Sequence record: NC_007409.1
From: Bicaudavirus pozzuoliense
Reading direction: 5' to 3' (one strand)
DNA length: 32,000 nucleotides
The position numbers and the translations under genes were made by a program. The notes under the pieces are model-generated. The model saw nothing but the letters and a program-made list of their open reading frames with translations. It searched no databases and was not told the DNA's origin. Below, in pieces: positions 27,000 to 32,000 of this stretch. Within the stretch, counting starts at the first letter, position 1. Every line of letters begins with the position of its first letter.

Positions 27000-28703
27000 A
27001 TGGAGTTCTTTAGATTCATCAATGCCCTTCTTGGTTTCCCAGAAGAAGAGAGAAAAAAGAAACAATCAAGTGGTGGCACTCACAACGAACACAAACCAGA
27101 ACAACAAACAAATGCGCAACACCCGTCGCCCCAACCGATTCATCATACTCCACCAAGTCATAGTAGTGAAACTAATAATGAGCACAAACCAACTCCTACA
27201 CCAATCCGACCAGCACCTCCCCCACCACCTCCAATAATAAGACATCTGAAAACTCATGGCAGTGGTAGCACTACTACTCACAATGAGCACGAATCAACAC
27301 CACCAAGTCATTACATCAGACCAATGCCAATAGAACACGAGCCAACTCCGTCACCCCAACCAGTCACCCACAACAGTAGCACTAATAACGAACACGAATC
27401 AACACCTCTACCAACGCCAACTCCACCTAACAGTGGTAACGAGCATAAATCAACGTCTGCACCAACTCCACCAGGACTTCACAGAACACCTCTACCAACT
27501 CCTCCAATCCATCACGGAATCCCAACACAAATCCCGCCAAAACGCGAACCAGAACACCATACTCATGGCAGTACTAATAATGAACACGAATCAAAGCGGT
27601 CACCTATACCAACTCCTCCAGGACTTCACAGAATCCCAACTCCTACACCACCAACTCACCAAACCTCACCAAGTCATAGTAGTGGTGGCACTCACAATGA
27701 ACACGAATCCCACCCGCCAACGCTTCACATTCCGCCAAGTCATCACATCAGACCAATGCCAATTCCACCTAACCCTCCAATAGTACGCGAACCAACTCCT
27801 ACACCTCAACCAACTCCTATACCAACTCCACCAAGGCTTCACAGAATCCCAACTCCAACTCCCCCAAGGACACCTCAACCAACGCCTCCCCCAACTCATG
27901 GTAGTAGTAGCACTAACAGTAGCGGTAGCACCAATAATGAGCACAAACCAACTCCTAAACCTATACCAATCCCACCAACACCTCCGCCTCCACCACCACA
28001 CCACGGAATTCCGACACAAATTCCGCCAAAACACGAATCAGAACACCATGATCATGGTAGTAGTAGCACGAATAGTAGTAGTAGCACAAGCAACAGTAGT
28101 AGCGGTGGCACTAACAATGAGCACGAGTCAACTCCGTCACCTCAACCAATGCCAATAGAACACAAACCAGAGCAACAAACAAATGCGCAAAATCGGATTA
28201 CCCCCATCATTAATCTTTCGCAAACGAAACAAAAGACTACGGAAAAACAAACTTCTTGCACAATTCAGAATTTGGAATACGCAATTCAAATTGGTAATCT
28301 AACCCAAGCGAAGAAAATATTGAATAATTTGAGTAGTAATGGGCAAATTTCTCAGACCAAAGTAAACATGGCAAACACGGTAATAGAGGGATTAACGAAG
28401 TTGAAAATGCAAAACCAACCTATCTCGAATGTATTAAGCAATCTGACGAATTCGTTCCAGCAAATGTACCAGAACTACATAAGGACAGGCAAGATGCCAG
28501 ATAATTTGATTGAATTAGCGAATGTAATTAATGCGATAACCAGTTTGCTCCCACAATATTCAGCATCAGTACCACCAAATGTAAAAGCCGAAATTAGCAG
28601 ACTAACGGTTTTACAACAAGGTGGTAGCACAGGCACAGTACCAGCAGTGTTCTTCCAAGCGACAGAAGAACAAAGACCAGTATCAAACCTAATTGTGCAA
28701 TGA
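27000..28703 (+). CDS. 567-aa protein: Pro/Thr/His-rich repetitive region plus helical C-terminal domain
   Basis: Repeats of (S/T)NNEHE(S/H/K).. and PTPTPP/PIPTPPG; C-terminal domain starts about residue 400 (ITPIINLSQTKQK...). Confidence 0.88.
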   Translation: MEFFRFINALLGFPEEERKKKQSSGGTHNEHKPEQQTNAQHPSPQPIHHTPPSHSSETNNEHKPTPTPIRPAPPPPPPIIRHLKTHGSGSTTTHNEHESTPPSHYIRPMPIEHEPTPSPQPVTHNSSTNNEHESTPLPTPTPPNSGNEHKSTSAPTPPGLHRTPLPTPPIHHGIPTQIPPKREPEHHTHGSTNNEHESKRSPIPTPPGLHRIPTPTPPTHQTSPSHSSGGTHNEHESHPPTLHIPPSHHIRPMPIPPNPPIVREPTPTPQPTPIPTPPRLHRIPTPTPPRTPQPTPPPTHGSSSTNSSGSTNNEHKPTPKPIPIPPTPPPPPPHHGIPTQIPPKHESEHHDHGSSSTNSSSSTSNSSSGGTNNEHESTPSPQPMPIEHKPEQQTNAQNRITPIINLSQTKQKTTEKQTSCTIQNLEYAIQIGNLTQAKKILNNLSSNGQISQTKVNMANTVIEGLTKLKMQNQPISNVLSNLTNSFQQMYQNYIRTGKMPDNLIELANVINAITSLLPQYSASVPPNVKAEISRLTVLQQGGSTGTVPAVFFQATEEQRPVSNLIVQ

Positions 28704-28704
28704 A

Positions 28705-28760
28705 CTGATTTCCTCCCCGCCCTAAAGTGGCTTTAAAAGCGCACCAGTGGCCTCTCCCAC
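28705..28760. repeat. Solo RE-like remnant of an IS605/IS1341-type element
   Basis: ctgatttcctccccgccctaaag resembles the outer RE of element 3 (ctgacttcctccccgcc) and the RE of element 1 (ccctaaag); located 2 nt past a stop codon. Confidence 0.45.
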
Positions 28761-28801
28761 TTCTTTTTTCTTTAAAAGATTTTATGAGATTTTTTCATAA
28801 T

Positions 28802-31800
28802 GTCCAGTAATTACGCATTGCCAGACGTTTTCAGAGCGATGGCGGTACTGACTGGGGCATTGGCCAAAGCATATAGTGTGCTACCTAACGATTCTAGTAA
28901 GACCAGCAATGCGTCAGACGTGGCTGAAGCGTCATTAGACGTGGCTAGAGCGTTCGAAGAAGCTTCGCAGATACTAAAAACAGCTGTCTCTAGTCCTGTC
29001 GTTGCAAGGGCGTTATCGGAAACACAGAACAATGGAACGCTCCACGATCAATTAAATAGTTCTGTTCAAAATATTGCGAAAGCTTCGACAGAATTTTCTG
29101 CCATGGGTGACATATTCAAGTATCAAGCAAAAGCACAGGTGTCTTTAGCACAAATCAAAGCCTGTAGCAACGCTCAGTGCTCCCCAGAGACGGTCGAGAG
29201 TAATTTCCAAGAAGCTATTCGTGACTATGAGGCCGCATCGTCTATTGCGCTACAATATGGTTTCCAATCCTTGGCGGAACAACTTTCCGATGCAGTCAAC
29301 CAGTTAAAAACCGCATTAAGTAATTATGAGAAAACAGTTGCCACACTGCAACAAATTAAACAAGCACAAGCCTCAGGGAACTATTGGCAAGTTCTTAATC
29401 TTGCTCTAAGCCTAGCTTCCAACCAGCAAAACACGCAATCTTCCAAAAACATTGCGCAAGCCGCGAACAATCTAAAATCTGCATTGAATGCCCCCCTCAA
29501 TTCGAATAATATGTCTCAGTATTATAGTAACGTTGTATCAGCTATCCAATCTTTCCCAAGATGCACGCAAGTCTCCACATTAGTCACTACTACGAGTGCG
29601 GTTATTGCAATACAGAGGCTCCTTCAATTAGGCTCTTCTGAACTTCAGAAGGCCCAACAGGCTACTCAAGCTTTATTGCAAAGTGCAGAACAGATGTGGT
29701 CTTCCGCTTATAATCACGCAGAAAAGGCATACGAAGCATTTTCTCTTGCTGAGCAATTAGCCTCTCAATTCGTCTCGCAAGAACTAGCGAATGAAATCGA
29801 GAAAGGTCTGGAAAAAGTAAAACAATTTGTGGCGGAAGCCCAGGCGAATATGAATGCGAATAAAAACATACTTGCGGACGCTTTCAATACGGTCGTTGAT
29901 AACATTAGCAACGCGGTAAACGATCTCATGAATTGGGTTAACGATCTTATTGAGACACACATACCAGGCATTGTTGGGCAAATCTTAGCGGGCGTAGTTG
30001 ATGGTTTAATCTTCGTTGTGATTAGTCTCATACCCGGTGTTGGTCAGATAATCGACGGCATAATAGCCTTCAGTTTCATTTCGAATTTGGTCGAACAAGG
30101 AATCATAGCGGTAAAAACTGGGTATGGAGCTCAATTTCTACAACAGCTTGAAGAGAGCTTCCTACAGCCACAAAACATCGCAATGATCGCTACCAGCGTC
30201 ATAGGCGGGATTGGGCTAGAGAGGGTGTTAGCGGATCGTCTCCCAGATATTAGGATTGGCGCCATTGATGCGGCAAAGGAGAAGATTGGGGATCTTATGT
30301 CTGATTTTAAGGAGAAGATTTCTATAGGCCTGCATGGCATATCAGATGACGCCAGCAAGGTATTGGACGACATAAAGACAAAGATTAAGGGAAATGCAGT
30401 TTCCTTACGTGACGTAGGAAGCACTATTGTAGAGAAAAAAATCGAAGTAAAAGCCCCAGACATTACAAAGATCGATGTGAAACCAGAGGAAATTACAGCT
30501 AAAAACGTCAACGTAAAGTTGGTCAAGCCGTTGTCAACAGACCTGGCAAAACAGCTGTCTGAAAAGTTCAAAAGCGTGAAGAATCTGAAAGATCTCAAAG
30601 CCATAGTTAAGGTTGATAAAGAGTTCAGGATACCTTACGATTTACAAGGCAAAAGCATGGGAGATAAGACGGTGTTAACGGCAGATTACATGGAGGGTGA
30701 GGTACTCGGGCTGATAAAGAATTATGAGGCAGACGTAAAAATCAGCCCCACTTCTTTTGAGAAAACTATCAAAGGAGCTGAACTGAAGCCACCAGAGTTG
30801 CACGCTAAACTTAGCAGTTTCGATTATACAGGCAAGGGAATCCTGGACGTTGAGCAGGATATAATTGACGCGATTAAAACAAGCAAGGATATTAGTTTGA
30901 CATCCGATGGGAAGGGCGTAGCTATAACAACAGATAAAGCAACCACCATTGTACCAGTGAAGAAATATTTCGATGCTATTATGACGGGGTACGCAAAAGG
31001 AGACTTCTCAGATGTAAAGGTAGCAGAATTGTTGAGTAAGGTGAATAGTTCTGACCTAGCCAGGTTGATGACTGATGATATAATCAAGAAGCTTAAGGAC
31101 TATAAAGGATCGGGCGAACTGAAGATAGGCGACTTGGTAATAGCTAAAGAAATCAAGGGCGATAAAACACTTTATTCGGTCGCAAAAATAGGCCCTGATG
31201 GAAAACCACAGTCGATAAACGTGGTATCGGATATAGACGACCCGATGTTTAGAGCAACTGTTTACAACAACTTACTAGATATGGTCAAGAACAAGACAGA
31301 ATTCGATTATTTGGTTACTAACCTCAACAAAATGAAGTCGTTAAGCCCAGATCTACAAACAACGTTAGACAGATTAACAGTAAAGCCCGGTGAGCGTTCT
31401 ATATCTATAGAAGGATCAGGCGGTAAATATCTTAACGTCACAGAAAAGAGTTTGCCAGGTGGGAGCGAGATCCGTGCGGAGACAAACCTAGAGGGCGTGA
31501 AGGCAGTAGATGCTCTGGAAAAGGAGCTGGACGGGGAGAGGCAGGCTACATTGGAACAACTGCTGGAAAGTTACAAGAATGGTGGGTTCAGAGACGTCAA
31601 AGCTCTAGCTGATGCATTGGGTAAGATAGATAAGCTACCCGATACCCTCAAGGAAGCTCTGGCAAAGTACTTTGATAGAAAGATGGAAAATTCTAGCCTC
31701 GAAGAAGAAGTGGACTTGATCAAGGGATTGCCAAAAATGTACGAAGACCTTAAGACAAAAGTGATAGATCCCGTTGATACGTTCTTAAACAAACTAAAGG

Positions 31801-32000
31801 CTAAAGGGGCTCCAGAGAGCGAGATAGACGCATTAAGACAGCTGTTCTATAAGCGGGTGCTAAACGAAATAAACGCTGGCAGAAGCCTAGATACAATAGA
31901 TCTTGCAAGTGCGTTTGTTAAGGCAAATGAAGTTCTCGATAAAGTAGATGATGTAGTCAAGGATCTGAAGGATAGGGGATTGCCGGATAATCTAGTTAAT
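28802..32000 (+). CDS. Giant virion-type protein, 3' end beyond window (probably ATV P1940-like)
   Basis: Continuous + frame from ATG 28802 (MSSNYALPDVFRAMAVLTGALAKAYSV...) to the window edge, about 1066 codons without a stop. Missing from the track, apparently because it is incomplete. Contains hydrophobic segment IPGIVGQILAGVVDGLIFVVISLIPGVGQIIDGIIAF. Confidence 0.92.

Noticed and set aside
27066-28158. ORFs 27066..27290 (-), 27433..27783 (+), 27666..28034 (-), 27898..28158 (+)
   Set aside because: Alternate-frame translations of the repetitive 567-aa gene.
28811-31792. Seven minus-strand ORFs (28811..29032, 29765..30031, 30131..30604, 30824..31087, 31571..31792 etc.) and the + ORF 29784..29981
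   Set aside because: All lie within or antisense to the continuous giant + strand ORF starting at 28802; S/F-rich compositions are typical of shadow ORFs.

Overview
AT-rich crenarchaeal virus sequence. From remembered protein sizes and sequences (no database search was possible) I identify it as part of the Acidianus two-tailed virus (ATV, Bicaudaviridae) genome. The match rests on a 273-aa protein, a 131-aa coat-type protein, an 800-aa coiled-coil virion protein, a 567-aa Pro/His-rich protein, a 145-aa RIP-like protein and the 5' part of a giant protein that runs off the right edge. Most ORFs are short, densely packed and of unknown function. Recognisable items are: a DUF1874/AcrIII-1 ring-nuclease-type anti-CRISPR; a JAMM/MPN metalloprotease-like ORF; three TnpB-only IS605/IS1341-type elements with conserved ends; a radical SAM (SPL-like) protein; an acyltransferase-3 membrane protein; and several RHH and C2H2 DNA-binding proteins. 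The observations most worth following up are: (1) 19 exact copies of the palindrome ACAGCTGT, 11 of them in the small intergenic gaps and many directly at stop codons; (2) a second repeated T-rich 3'-flank element (TTTTTCTCAnnTTTGnAATA); (3) evidence that TnpB element 1 split the JAMM gene; (4) a perfect 246-bp internal duplication in the 800-aa gene; (5) a duplicated RHH gene flanking an RHH-RHH-C2H2 fusion; (6) a shared N-terminal MSSNY..PDV.R signature on the 800-aa and giant proteins. No CRISPR array, tRNA or rRNA was recognised.
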